Of a stretch of 64,000 bases of DNA, positions 47,795 to 58,769 are shown piece after piece. How positions within the stretch are numbered: position 1 is the stretch's first letter; each line of letters begins with the position of its first letter. The notes below the pieces were generated by a model, which had not been told where the DNA came from, did not search any database, and saw only the letters and a program-made list of their open reading frames with translations. Position numbers and translations under genes: made by a program. Source of the stretch: an uncultured virus (IMG/VR IMGVR_UViG_3300034092_002263) (taxonomy: Duplodnaviria > Heunggongvirae > Uroviricota > Caudoviricetes); IMG/VR virus record IMGVR_UViG_3300034092_002263; one strand, written 5' to 3'.

Positions 47795-49387
47795 TTGAAT
47801 TGGTTTCCACTTAAAAACTTGACACATTACAGTTTGTTAAAAGCGTTTTCTAAGCCAAAAGAATTAGCATCTCTATGTGCTAAGTTCGATTATCCAGCCT
47901 GTGGAATATGTGATTATAAATCTATATCTGGTGCAGTGTCGTTTTTTCAAGCTTGTAAAAATGTTGGTATAAAACCAATTATTGGCTGCACGTTTGATAA
48001 TAACACCGTGTTTGCAAAAAATAAAAATGGATGGCTGGATCTAATTACTCTTGTATCTTCAATGGATGATAACGGTCAAATACCAAATGACATCGTTCAA
48101 GATATCAACGATAGAAAAAATCTTATATATGTAAATGAGATCGGCATTAACAATAGTTTTTATACTAAACCGGAACATGCGAACTTACACAGAGTATTAT
48201 TATGCTCAGAATTAAAGACTACACTTCCAAAGATTCAAAAGCAGGTTCGTAAAGGAGAATTATCTGAAGATATATCAGACTACTTTAAAAGTGATAATAA
48301 GCATATTGTTCCACAAAAAGTATGCAAGAAATTACAAGAAGTTTATAACACATGCGAGGATTATGACATTCTTAGTAAGCCAATTTTACCAAAGTTTGAG
48401 TGTCCAAATAATTTATCCGAAGAGGAATATCTTAAAACGTTGGCTAGGAATGGATGGAGAGAATTGCTAATTAACACTGGCAAGGTAAAAGACAGTCATA
48501 ACAAAGATATCTATCTAAAAAGATTTAACCTAGAACTAGAAGTAATTAAAAATGCAAACTTGTTCGGATATTTTCTCATAGTACAAGATATTATGAACTA
48601 TGTCCAAAAAATGGGATGGATGATAGGACCGGGAAGAGGTTCTGCCGCAGGGTGTTTAATATCATACCTTATAGGTATAACACAAATAGATCCAGTAGAA
48701 TATGATTTATTGTTTGAAAGGTTCTATAATGCTGGCAGAAATTCAGATGATCATATATCATTACCAGATATAGATATGGATGTGCCAGCACAAAAAAGAG
48801 ATTCTGTAATACAGTACTTAAAAGAAAAATATGGACATCAACATGTAAGTCAAATGATCACTTTTGGAAGATTGCAGGGAAGAAGTGCCATCAAAGAAGT
48901 ATTACGAATTAATGAGGCTTGTTCTTTTGCTGAGATGAATGCTATCACAAAGAGTGTTCCAAATGAAGCAGAAATTTCAGATCAGCTTGCAGAGATGGAT
49001 GATGAAGATCGATCAATTATCAAGTGGTCACTAATAAATAGATCTAAAGAATTACAAGATTTCTGTTATCTAGATGATAATGGAGCATTGCAGGGACAAT
49101 ATTCTGAATTTTTTCAACAAGCAATAGAAATAGAAGGGACATTTAAAACACAAGGCAAACACGCTGCCGGGGTTGTTATATCAGCAAATCCTCTGAATGG
49201 TGTATGCCCAATGGTTAAACCAAAACATGGTACAGAAAAGGTGGCTGGACTAGAAATGTCGGACTTAGAGGCTTTAGGTCATGTTAAGTTTGATGTTCTT
49301 GGGATTAATCTGTTAGATAAGTTGATGAAAATTAAAGACATAACAATGAACGATACTAACAAAGCATCGGAGACAATATATGGCTAA
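47795..49387 (+). CDS. dnaE: DNA polymerase III alpha, N-terminal half (degenerate PHP + palm)
   Basis: GPGRGSAAG, LLFERF, PDIDMD, HAAGVVIS and KFDVLG; AGGAG RBS with TTG start. Confidence 0.92.
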   Translation: MNWFPLKNLTHYSLLKAFSKPKELASLCAKFDYPACGICDYKSISGAVSFFQACKNVGIKPIIGCTFDNNTVFAKNKNGWLDLITLVSSMDDNGQIPNDIVQDINDRKNLIYVNEIGINNSFYTKPEHANLHRVLLCSELKTTLPKIQKQVRKGELSEDISDYFKSDNKHIVPQKVCKKLQEVYNTCEDYDILSKPILPKFECPNNLSEEEYLKTLARNGWRELLINTGKVKDSHNKDIYLKRFNLELEVIKNANLFGYFLIVQDIMNYVQKMGWMIGPGRGSAAGCLISYLIGITQIDPVEYDLLFERFYNAGRNSDDHISLPDIDMDVPAQKRDSVIQYLKEKYGHQHVSQMITFGRLQGRSAIKEVLRINEACSFAEMNAITKSVPNEAEISDQLAEMDDEDRSIIKWSLINRSKELQDFCYLDDNGALQGQYSEFFQQAIEIEGTFKTQGKHAAGVVISANPLNGVCPMVKPKHGTEKVAGLEMSDLEALGHVKFDVLGINLLDKLMKIKDITMNDTNKASETIYG

Positions 49388-50060
49388 TAGAGACTATATC
49401 ATTTTTGACTTTGAAACCGGATCTAGAAATCCACACAAAACTCAACCAACCCAAATTGCCGCAATAGCACTAGATGGAAGAAATTTTTCAGTCAAAGGTA
49501 CTTTTAATAGTGAAATATGTCCAATTTTTGATGAAGAAGAAGCAATAAAACTTGGATTAGATCCAGTAGAAGATGAAGCTCTCAAAATAACACATAAAAC
49601 AAAAGAACAGCTAGAACAAGCTCCAGATGTAAAATCTGTTTGGAAAAAATTTGCTAAGTTCGTAGAACAATACAATTGGAAAAATGATCCATTTTTTAAT
49701 CCTGTTCCAGTAGGATTCAATATTATTGGGTTTGACATGATTATTGTGAATAGGTTGTGTCAAGAATATGGCCCTTGGGACAAACAAAAAAACGTACAGA
49801 AAATATTTAGTAAAGTCTATAAGATAGATATTATGGATATGATATTTTCTTGGACTGAGGGCGATCCAAGCATAAGATCAATAAGTATGGATTCTTTAAG
49901 AGACATTATGGGATTATCAAAAGATAATGCACATGACGCATTACAAGACGTAAAAGATTCAGCAAATATCTTCATTAAGATGATGAAAACCCATAGAGCG
50001 GTTTATAGAAATATAGAATTTGAACAAGCTTTTGCTAATGGAAATTTATATGTCAAGTAA
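49380..50060 (+). CDS. DEDDh 3'-5' exonuclease (DnaQ/epsilon-like)
   Basis: FDFETG, GFNIIGFD and HDALQDV. Confidence 0.88.
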   Translation: MANRDYIIFDFETGSRNPHKTQPTQIAAIALDGRNFSVKGTFNSEICPIFDEEEAIKLGLDPVEDEALKITHKTKEQLEQAPDVKSVWKKFAKFVEQYNWKNDPFFNPVPVGFNIIGFDMIIVNRLCQEYGPWDKQKNVQKIFSKVYKIDIMDMIFSWTEGDPSIRSISMDSLRDIMGLSKDNAHDALQDVKDSANIFIKMMKTHRAVYRNIEFEQAFANGNLYVK

Positions 50061-50733
50061 TATAGTAGCTTTTAGTAATTACGATAATAACTTTTCGGCT
50101 GTTAACAGTATAACATATCCACACAATAAAACATACTTTGATAAGCATGACATAGAATATATTGTGTTTAATAACAGCGCAATAAATATGATTAAAACAT
50201 CTAGTCAACATGTAACTAAGTGCTATTATATTAAGTGGTTATTACTTCAACACATGCTAGAAACAAGGTATGATGTTGATTATTTTTTTGCTATAGATAC
50301 AGATATAATCATATGTGACTTTGATATAGATTTAAGGCTTTTTACTAAGCTATCGAATAGGGATATTTTGTTGTGTTCTGTAGAAGACTGTTCGCCAAAT
50401 ATGTTTTGGAATATAAATGCTGGATCTATGATTGTAAAAAATAGCGATGCTGTTAAATCTTTCATACGTGCATATTTAGAGATAGCAAAACTATATGACT
50501 ATAATATTATTGACCAAGTACTATTGCAGGGATTTATAGATAAAAAGCCAGAATACAGACATCTATTTGCTATATTTCCATCTTGCACATTTAATCACGG
50601 TGGAGTTGATTCATTCTTATATCACGATTGTAGCATTAGTACATCTAATAGATCTTTAGAAGAATGTATAGCAACAAAGACACGCAATTTAAAAACCGCT
50701 ATTAATAAACTAACCAATAAACATGAACAATAA
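50050..50733 (+). CDS. GT-A glycosyltransferase (GT34/GT77-like)
   Basis: IDTD DxD motif, INAGSMIV, DQ and FN. Confidence 0.7.
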   Translation: MSSNIVAFSNYDNNFSAVNSITYPHNKTYFDKHDIEYIVFNNSAINMIKTSSQHVTKCYYIKWLLLQHMLETRYDVDYFFAIDTDIIICDFDIDLRLFTKLSNRDILLCSVEDCSPNMFWNINAGSMIVKNSDAVKSFIRAYLEIAKLYDYNIIDQVLLQGFIDKKPEYRHLFAIFPSCTFNHGGVDSFLYHDCSISTSNRSLEECIATKTRNLKTAINKLTNKHEQ

Positions 50734-51097
50734 ACAAACAATACAACATAGAAAAAAATGGATAGATACATATAAAATATCCAGAGGTTGCGATATTTGT
50801 GGCTACAATAAGCATCCAGCCAGTTTATGTTTTGATCATTTGCCTAATTTTGAGAAAGCAGAAATAACTAAAAACGGATGTTCAAAAAGAAGTTGTGCTG
50901 GTGGTATGTTTATGATGTATGGTAAAAAATACGATGTTGAAGAGTTGATTTCTGAGATCAAAAAATGTAGAATACTGTGTCACAATTGCCACATGGAGTG
51001 TACCCATAAAAAAAACATACATCTCAATATTATTCCAGAAATGACAGTTGAAGATTTATTCACAAAGTTGAGAAATGAAAACTATGAAATACAATGA
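50723..51097 (+). mobile_element. HNH endonuclease
   Basis: GCDICGY..LCFDHL..EIKKCRILCHNCH. Confidence 0.85.
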
Positions 51098-52643
51098 TGA
51101 TAAAACATGGCAGCTATTTGCAGAAGGCAAAACTAAGGGAATCTTTCAATTAGAAAGCAACCTTGGAAAGTCTTGGTCTAAAAAGTTGGCCCCAACAAAC
51201 ATAGAAGAATTATCTGCTTTAATTGCTATTATTAGACCGGGATGTTTAAAAGCATATGTAGATGGAAAATCTATGACACAACATTTCGTAGATAGAAAAC
51301 ACGGAAGAGAAGAGATAACATATCTTCATCCATCGCTAGAAGAAGTGTTGAAAACAACATATGGTGTTCTAGTATATCAAGAACAATCTATGCGTATAGC
51401 ACAAAAAATAGCTGGATTTGATTTACAAGAAGCAGATATGTTAAGAAAAGCCATAGGAAAGAAGAAGGCTGATCTTATGGCTAAAGTGAAAAAGTCTTTT
51501 ATAGAGGGTGCTGCAAAGGTTAATATAGTTACTAAAGAAGAGGCAGAAGAAATATTCGGCTGGATAGAAAAATCTTCAAGATACGCTTTTAATAAGTCTC
51601 ATAGCATTTCATACGCCGTGTGTTCATATTGGAGTGCTTATCATAAAGCTCATTTTACCAAAGAGTTTTTTCTTTCTTATTTATACTACGCTCATGAAAA
51701 ACAAGACCCACATCAAGAAATATATGAATTAGTTTCTGAAGCTAAAATATTTGATATACAGACTAAAACTCCTAGTGTTAAAAACTTTGCTGAAAAATTC
51801 AACATAAAGCATAACAAAATCTATTTTGGATTAAAAGATATCAAATCTTTAAGTGGAAAAAACGGAGACGCAATAATAGAAATTATTGGCGAAATACAAA
51901 AAGAACACAAGAAAAAAATTCATGAGTTTACTTGGTTAGAAATATTATTATTTATGTCTCCAAGAATCAATTCTACAGCATTCAAGGCTTTAGTATCTAT
52001 TGGATTCTTTAGAGATTTAAAAGATCAAGTAACAAGAAACAAAGCTTTATATGACTTTGAAATCATAAAAACTCTAACTAAAGCAGAGTTTAATTGGGTA
52101 CAACAAAATTATCATACTAATAAGTGGGAAGATTTAGTATCATGTTTAAGATCTTTAGCACCGACAAAGAAAAATGGGGGAGGAACGCACAGTGAGGATA
52201 GAAAACAGTCTATAGAAAATGAAATCAACTTATTAATTAATCCTCCGTATGATTTAGAAGATGATCCAAACTGGATTATTGATCAAGAAACTAAATTCTT
52301 AGGATGTCCCGTCAGCATGACTAAGATAGAAATATCAGACACATCATCCGCAAATACTTACTGTAAAGATATTGTTAATGGAAAACGTGGTAAAGATTTG
52401 TGCATTGTGGGTAATATAGTTAAGTTGTCAGACTATAAAATCAAGAAAGGTGAATCAAAAGACAAATTAATGTCATTTTTGACTATTGAAGACGAAACTT
52501 GTATTCTAGATAGTGTAATAGTTTTCCCAAAAGTTAAAGAAAAATATAAGTATATCCTATATGAAGGTAATAATTTACTTTTTTGCGGTTCTGTAAGCGG
52601 ACAAGATAATGCTTTCATAGTTGATAAAATTCATGAAATTTAG
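51075..52643 (+). CDS. dnaE: DNA polymerase III alpha, C-terminal half (fingers, HhH, OB)
   Basis: GIFQLES, IRPG, TYGVLVYQEQ, LRKAIGKK, YAFNKSHSISY and MSFLTIEDET. Confidence 0.92.
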   Translation: MKTMKYNDDKTWQLFAEGKTKGIFQLESNLGKSWSKKLAPTNIEELSALIAIIRPGCLKAYVDGKSMTQHFVDRKHGREEITYLHPSLEEVLKTTYGVLVYQEQSMRIAQKIAGFDLQEADMLRKAIGKKKADLMAKVKKSFIEGAAKVNIVTKEEAEEIFGWIEKSSRYAFNKSHSISYAVCSYWSAYHKAHFTKEFFLSYLYYAHEKQDPHQEIYELVSEAKIFDIQTKTPSVKNFAEKFNIKHNKIYFGLKDIKSLSGKNGDAIIEIIGEIQKEHKKKIHEFTWLEILLFMSPRINSTAFKALVSIGFFRDLKDQVTRNKALYDFEIIKTLTKAEFNWVQQNYHTNKWEDLVSCLRSLAPTKKNGGGTHSEDRKQSIENEINLLINPPYDLEDDPNWIIDQETKFLGCPVSMTKIEISDTSSANTYCKDIVNGKRGKDLCIVGNIVKLSDYKIKKGESKDKLMSFLTIEDETCILDSVIVFPKVKEKYKYILYEGNNLLFCGSVSGQDNAFIVDKIHEI

Positions 52644-52691
52644 TTGTTTTTTTTGATGTGTACCAGCTAAAATATAAAGATAGGAGTTAAT

Positions 52692-53015
52692 ATGAATAAT
52701 TGTTGTTTTACTGGCTATTTAGTTGATAATCCTAATACTTCTGTGGTAAACGATGTTGTATTAGCAGAATTTACAATAGTGGTATATACTTATCGTAGAA
52801 CTAAAAGTACTGGAGAAAAAAGTAGAATTCCAACATACATAAAGTGTGAAGCTTGGCATACTGGAGCAGAAACTATAGAACGGTTTGCTACTAAAGGTAC
52901 TAAAATCAGTATACAAGCATCTGCTAAAAATCCGTCAAAAAATAGTGATGATATAATTTTTAGAGTTAATGAATTCGATTTATGTGACACAGAAGACTTT
53001 GAGGATTGTATATGA
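52692..53015 (+). CDS. second SSB-like OB-fold protein
   Basis: MNNCCFTGYLV..CEAW..AE...KG; acidic C-terminus. Confidence 0.7.
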   Translation: MNNCCFTGYLVDNPNTSVVNDVVLAEFTIVVYTYRRTKSTGEKSRIPTYIKCEAWHTGAETIERFATKGTKISIQASAKNPSKNSDDIIFRVNEFDLCDTEDFEDCI

Positions 53016-54670
53016 GAAAGAAACGTATTTTATTTTGTAGCGAGGCCACTTTTCTTAATACCGGCTACGCCACATACACAAGGGAAATATTACAATATCT
53101 ATATCAAACTGATAAATACGAATTGGCAGAATTAGCTGCTTATGGAGATAGCGGCGATAGAAGATCTCTATATATACCTTGGAAATTTTATGGGGCTACC
53201 CTACCAAGAAACGCATCCGAAGATCAAAAAAGATTATATCAATCAAAGTATTCTTATCAGTTTGGAGAGTACGCTTTTCATGATGTATGTCTTGATTTTA
53301 AGCCAGATATAGTGTGTGATATACGAGATTTTTGGATGTTAGAATTTGTTGAGAGGTCACCATATAGACCTTTCTTTAAGTGGTGTATTATGCCAACTGT
53401 CGATGCCTATCCACAGGCAAGACAATGGATTTCTACATATCAATCAGCAGACGCTTGTTTAACTTATTCTGATTGGGCTGGCGAAGTATTAAAAAAACAG
53501 TCTAATGGAAATATTAATTACTTAGGATCTGCACCACCTTCAGCACATGCAGCGTATTGCATGATTAGAGACAAGAACGAATCTAGAAAATACTTAGGTA
53601 TACCAGATCATTGCAAAGTTGTTGGAACCGTGATGAGAAACCAACGTAGGAAGTTATATCCAGATTTATTTAAAGCGTTTAGATTATTACTTGACAAAGT
53701 AGAAGATCCACAAAATTATCTTTTGTATTGTCATACAAGTTATCCAGATATGGGCTGGGACATACCAGAATTATTACAAACATACAATTTATCGTCAAAC
53801 ACAGTATTTACATACGTTTGTACTGAAACCAAGAAGCCATTTGCTTCTTTTTTTCAAGGCCCACACGTAGTATCACCATTTACTAAAAAATTAACTGGTA
53901 TTATGTCTAACGTTAAGTGCGGTATAGATTATCCAGAATTAGCAACTATTATGAATAGTTTTGATATATATGTACAATATGCTAATTCAGAAGGTTTTGG
54001 TTTACCACAAGTAGAAGCTGCCGCCTGTGGAATACCAGTAGCGTCTGTAAATTATTCAGCAATGGAAAGTGTTGTTAAACAATTAGGTGCAATACCACTA
54101 GATGTAAAGGCTCTATATCAAGAAATGGAAACTGGATGCATGAGGGCTGTTCCAGACAATCAAGATACTGCACAAAAACTATATGAATTTTTTCAGCAAC
54201 CATCATTCAAAAGAAGTAAACTTGGTTTTGATATAAAACAGAATTTTTTGAAATATTTTCAGTGGGATATTAGCGGATCTGTATGGGAAAGATATTTTGA
54301 TAGCGTAGAAATATTGGACGAAAGAGAAACTTGGTTTTCTACCCCTAGAATATTTAAACCGGCATCAAAGCCAGATTTCAAAAAGTTTAGTGATATACAG
54401 GAATATGCCACGTTTCTAATTAAACATGTGCTATGTAAAGAAGAAAAAATTAATACGTTTTTTCATTCTAAATTGGTTAGAGATTTACTATATGGTTTTA
54501 CTACCGGTATTTCTGGCGGGGTATATCAAAATGATAGCTCTATGATAGCTGATGGTAATGTTCACAAAATATCTTTTGATTTTGATAGAGCTTATGAATA
54601 TATGCTATCAATACGATTAGAAGAAAACGCAATAGAACAAAAAAGAGCGGAGGTATTTAAATTACTATGA
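53012..54670 (+). CDS. GT4 glycosyltransferase
   Basis: TGYA, RNQRRK and EGFGLPQVEAAACG. Confidence 0.88.
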   Translation: MRKKRILFCSEATFLNTGYATYTREILQYLYQTDKYELAELAAYGDSGDRRSLYIPWKFYGATLPRNASEDQKRLYQSKYSYQFGEYAFHDVCLDFKPDIVCDIRDFWMLEFVERSPYRPFFKWCIMPTVDAYPQARQWISTYQSADACLTYSDWAGEVLKKQSNGNINYLGSAPPSAHAAYCMIRDKNESRKYLGIPDHCKVVGTVMRNQRRKLYPDLFKAFRLLLDKVEDPQNYLLYCHTSYPDMGWDIPELLQTYNLSSNTVFTYVCTETKKPFASFFQGPHVVSPFTKKLTGIMSNVKCGIDYPELATIMNSFDIYVQYANSEGFGLPQVEAAACGIPVASVNYSAMESVVKQLGAIPLDVKALYQEMETGCMRAVPDNQDTAQKLYEFFQQPSFKRSKLGFDIKQNFLKYFQWDISGSVWERYFDSVEILDERETWFSTPRIFKPASKPDFKKFSDIQEYATFLIKHVLCKEEKINTFFHSKLVRDLLYGFTTGISGGVYQNDSSMIADGNVHKISFDFDRAYEYMLSIRLEENAIEQKRAEVFKLL

Positions 54671-55779
54671 AAATACTATATGTGGGCCACTATAAAGAAA
54701 ATAGTGGATGGTCTAATGCGGCAATTAATAATATATTGGCATTAGATTCTATAGGTGTTGATGTAGTGTGTAAAGATATTAAACTGACAAACAAGCCATT
54801 CAATATTCCTAATAGAATTTTAGAATTAGAACAAAAACCTCTTAGCGGCGTAACACACTGCATACAACATATCTTACCACATCACATGGTAGGATCTGAT
54901 CAATTCAAAAAGAGCGTTTGTTATTATGTTGGAGAATCAATACATACCAAGAAAAATAGCTGGCATTCTTATTTAGAACTCGTTGATGAAGTTTGGGTTC
55001 CAAATATTGATTTGCATAAAAATACTCAACAGTTCGTTAGCAACGCGGTGCGTATACTTCCACACACATTTGATATAAATAAATATCGTCAGGAGTTTAA
55101 GAAGATAAATTTTGGATCTGAATCAAGTTTTTTTAAGTTCTATACTATTGGTGACATCAATGATCGAAAAAATATGATTGAAACCATTAAATGTTTCTAT
55201 CACGCATTTTCTAGCGATCAAGATGTGTTATTCATTGCTAAGATTAAGAAGCATGGATTAACACAATCTAATCTACAAAAATATACAGAACAATTATGTG
55301 AATCTATACAAAATAGTATGAAATTATATTCAGATAAGACAAAATATGGAAACGTAAGATTTATTACGAGCGATTGCGATGACGATTTCATATATGCATT
55401 GCACAACTCTTGTGATTGTTTTCTTAATATTTCACATGGAGAAGCTTGGTCTATACCATCTTTTGAAAGCATGTGTTTTGGAAATACACCAATATGCTCT
55501 AATGAAGGTGGGCCAGCGATGTATATAAACGACGATAAAGCACACGGAACATTGATAGATGGCACATACACTATATGTAATCAATCTGACGCTGCTTTTG
55601 ATCATATATTCACTGGTTCAGAATTTTGGTTTCAACCGAATCATATATCAACAGTAAATGCCATGAAATTTTACTATGAACACAGAGATGTTAAAAACAA
55701 GGAAGAGTGTTTAACTTATGCATCTAAGTTTGATTATAGTATTATTGGACAACAAATAAAGGATATGTTAAATGACTAA
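54667..55779 (+). CDS. GT4 glycosyltransferase
   Basis: SGW, DRKN and SHGEAWSIPSFESMCFG. Confidence 0.85.
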   Translation: MKILYVGHYKENSGWSNAAINNILALDSIGVDVVCKDIKLTNKPFNIPNRILELEQKPLSGVTHCIQHILPHHMVGSDQFKKSVCYYVGESIHTKKNSWHSYLELVDEVWVPNIDLHKNTQQFVSNAVRILPHTFDINKYRQEFKKINFGSESSFFKFYTIGDINDRKNMIETIKCFYHAFSSDQDVLFIAKIKKHGLTQSNLQKYTEQLCESIQNSMKLYSDKTKYGNVRFITSDCDDDFIYALHNSCDCFLNISHGEAWSIPSFESMCFGNTPICSNEGGPAMYINDDKAHGTLIDGTYTICNQSDAAFDHIFTGSEFWFQPNHISTVNAMKFYYEHRDVKNKEECLTYASKFDYSIIGQQIKDMLND

Positions 55780-56755
55780 ACTTGCATCACTATTTCGTAA
55801 ACTCAGCGATGTAGAAAAATATAACGTTATTACCTTTCCAACACGCGAAAGGTATGAAACACAGTTATGTAAAACTGGACACAACTTCTTTTCTTTAAAT
55901 AGGGAAGGAAGAAAAACTTGGAATACTCAACAGGTTAATATTCCAGAAAACTACTTTATACAAAATGGTAAATTCAATTCATATATAACATATGACATGA
56001 TATTAGTTCAAAGTAGATTTGATGATCAATTTAGCTTGGCGCATCAAATAAAACAAAGTTTAGATATACCAATTATAGTATTAGATCATAGCTTACCACC
56101 GCCAGAAATCAACACAAAAATAAGAGATATGATAAGAAGTTATTCTGGTAATGTCAATGTATTTATTTCTGAATTTTCTAGGGACTGTTGGCAAATAAAC
56201 AGTCAAAATAATATCGTTATACATCACGGTATCGATAGTAATACATTTACACCTAAAGATAATATAGATAAACAAAAATATGTATTAACAGTTGCAAATG
56301 GATTTACACAACGAAAAGATTTACATTTCAACGATTGGTTAGAAATAACTAAAAATATCGAAAACAAAATTGTGGGAGATAATCCCGGTTTATCTGAATC
56401 TGCCAAAGATGTCAATCATCTAGTTGAAGAATATAATAAGTGTAGTGTCTATCTTAATACATCGCGTACACCAATACCAATGAGCTTATTAGAAGCAATG
56501 TCTTGTGGGTGTGCGGTTGTTACAGTGAAAGATAGTATGATGGTTGATATCATAAATAATGGAGTAAATGGCTTTATTAGTAATGACACTAAAGAACTTA
56601 CCGATATGATAAATTTGTTAATAGGCGATGACAATTTAAGAAAGTCAATTGGGAATAAAGCTAGAGATACAATTTTACACAACTTTTCAGAACAATCTTT
56701 TATAGATAAGTGGAATACATTATTTAAAGATACATACGAAGGAAAATATCAATGA
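55772..56755 (+). CDS. GT4 glycosyltransferase
   Basis: HHGID, PMSLLEAMSCG and NGVNGF. Confidence 0.85.
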   Translation: MTKLASLFRKLSDVEKYNVITFPTRERYETQLCKTGHNFFSLNREGRKTWNTQQVNIPENYFIQNGKFNSYITYDMILVQSRFDDQFSLAHQIKQSLDIPIIVLDHSLPPPEINTKIRDMIRSYSGNVNVFISEFSRDCWQINSQNNIVIHHGIDSNTFTPKDNIDKQKYVLTVANGFTQRKDLHFNDWLEITKNIENKIVGDNPGLSESAKDVNHLVEEYNKCSVYLNTSRTPIPMSLLEAMSCGCAVVTVKDSMMVDIINNGVNGFISNDTKELTDMINLLIGDDNLRKSIGNKARDTILHNFSEQSFIDKWNTLFKDTYEGKYQ

Positions 56756-57177
56756 ATTTAAACTTTACATACAAAACAAATCATATTGAAAATTTTATCA
56801 ACATAGATGCTACGTCCGACAAATTAGAAGCAGAACTGAAACGTATATCAGCTTCATCTTGTAGTAATATTATTATTTCAGAATCTATCAATTATCTTAA
56901 TTATGATGAATCAAAAACAACACTAGTAGAAATAATTAGTAAATTGAGAAAGGGTGGAAATATTTCTATATCTACTGTAGATTTTGATGCAATATCAACA
57001 AATTTTATTAATGGTGATATAGACATACCATATCTGTGCAACATACTGAGTAGTATTAAATCCATAATACCAAATCAACATGTAATCAGCCTAGTGAAAG
57101 ATCATAATGTCAAAATAATTAGCATTGAAAAAAGAGATTTTTTGTTTATTATACGTGGTTATAGAGAAAATACATGA
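56752..57177 (+). CDS. degenerate methyltransferase-like protein
   Basis: FINID..KLRKGGNISISTVDF pattern. Confidence 0.45.
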   Translation: MNLNFTYKTNHIENFINIDATSDKLEAELKRISASSCSNIIISESINYLNYDESKTTLVEIISKLRKGGNISISTVDFDAISTNFINGDIDIPYLCNILSSIKSIIPNQHVISLVKDHNVKIISIEKRDFLFIIRGYRENT

Positions 57178-57941
57178 AGACAAAAAGCTGTATAACATCT
57201 ACCAAAAAAAGCCATAAAGCAGTAGAACAAGTAAAACATGATTGTTTTGTGAGCGTTGTTTTAATACATGATCAGCAGATTAATAGAATGAAATCGTATA
57301 TGCCATTAGCATTATTACAAATAGATGATAATAACACGCTGTTAGATTTGCAGATCAAAGCTATAGAAAAAAAGTTTCAAAAATATGAAGTTATAGTGAC
57401 GGCAGGATCTCATATAGAAAAAATAGTAAGACACATCAAACAAAAATATAGAAATCAAAATATTAGAGTTATAGAAAATACGATGTCTCAAGAAACTACA
57501 AACGCAGAAAGCACCAGATTATCTTTAAATAACATCAACAATGATAAAATTTTTATTATTGACGGCCACCTATTTTTTACTGACAAAATTTTTGAAGAAA
57601 TAAATCCCAATGAGTCTTTTGTATTATGCAATAGAGAAAAAGATGATAGTTTAGAAATAGGCGTAAATGTAGGTGAATTAGACAATGTTCAATATTTTTC
57701 TTATGGGGCTAATTTCGTATGGTCTGAGGTAATATTTTTAAACGCCCCCGTTTCCGTTGAACTAGAAAAGATACTGTCTACAAAACAATTTCAACAAAAA
57801 TTTCTATTTGAAGCTATAAATGAAATGCTAAAGAGAACTAACATAAAACAAAAATATGTTGATGTAAATAATATCATCAAAATCAAAAACAATAAAACAT
57901 ATCAAAGAGCTAGGAGTAGACATGAAATTCATAGTCGATAA
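57174..57941 (+). CDS. nucleotidyltransferase-fold protein (LicC/sugar-phosphate NTase-like)
   Basis: RMKSYMPLALL, TLLDLQI, EN..TNAES and IDGHLFF. Confidence 0.65.
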   Translation: MKTKSCITSTKKSHKAVEQVKHDCFVSVVLIHDQQINRMKSYMPLALLQIDDNNTLLDLQIKAIEKKFQKYEVIVTAGSHIEKIVRHIKQKYRNQNIRVIENTMSQETTNAESTRLSLNNINNDKIFIIDGHLFFTDKIFEEINPNESFVLCNREKDDSLEIGVNVGELDNVQYFSYGANFVWSEVIFLNAPVSVELEKILSTKQFQQKFLFEAINEMLKRTNIKQKYVDVNNIIKIKNNKTYQRARSRHEIHSR

Positions 57942-58767
57942 TTATAGCGGCAATGCTACATCGCAGTCTCTATACATATACAAACATATTAGTGAGAATA
58001 CTAACCATCAGTGTTATTTGAATAATGGACAAATATCAACATTTGATCTATTGGATGATGTTAAACCGGAGGTGTATATAAGCAATTTATCTGTGTTGTC
58101 TAGAGATGTAATACAATATATAAGACAAAATCAATATGATATGAAACTAATGATAAATATTGATAATGTAAAACTGGGCAATATTCTAGATGTAGAAGAA
58201 GTATTAGTAGATGAAAAAATCAATTTTAGATTTTTTGGCAATCTGTCTGGAATAAATCCAACAAAAGTTAGAAAAACCAAAATATTCAACTTATTAGACG
58301 GTTATGATAGCAATATAGAATCTTCAAAAAGGGTGTGGGATAAAAAAATAAACCATCTAATTGTTGTAAAGAGTGATGTAGATATAACCAATATTGATCT
58401 AGAAAAATTAAAAAACAAGACATTTCATGTTGCTTCATTTGAAAGCACAGTTGAGATACACACAAATGTAATAGATGCAATCAAGAATCTGTACCACAAT
58501 TATGATAGCGTAATATTTGCTAATCTAGAATATGGTATACCGCAACCATTTTTTGATTGCCTATATCAAAACTGTAAAGCTTTTTTTGTTTCCAAAATGT
58601 ATGGCAAAGAAATAAATAATACGCTAACTAAAATACTAAAAATTAATGGCAATTTAAATTTTAATGACGATGACAAAATAGAAGATTTTAATGAGATTTT
58701 TGACACTGTGAAACAGAATCATAGTTATGTGCGCCGCGTAAACAGTTTGCTTTCACAGGTGTCTTGA
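57922..58767 (+). CDS. hypothetical protein, possibly GT-B-like
   Basis: Located in the glycan cluster; ends HSYVRRV, like CgeB-type GTs. Confidence 0.45.
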   Translation: MKFIVDNYSGNATSQSLYIYKHISENTNHQCYLNNGQISTFDLLDDVKPEVYISNLSVLSRDVIQYIRQNQYDMKLMINIDNVKLGNILDVEEVLVDEKINFRFFGNLSGINPTKVRKTKIFNLLDGYDSNIESSKRVWDKKINHLIVVKSDVDITNIDLEKLKNKTFHVASFESTVEIHTNVIDAIKNLYHNYDSVIFANLEYGIPQPFFDCLYQNCKAFFVSKMYGKEINNTLTKILKINGNLNFNDDDKIEDFNEIFDTVKQNHSYVRRVNSLLSQVS

Positions 58768-58769
58768 AC

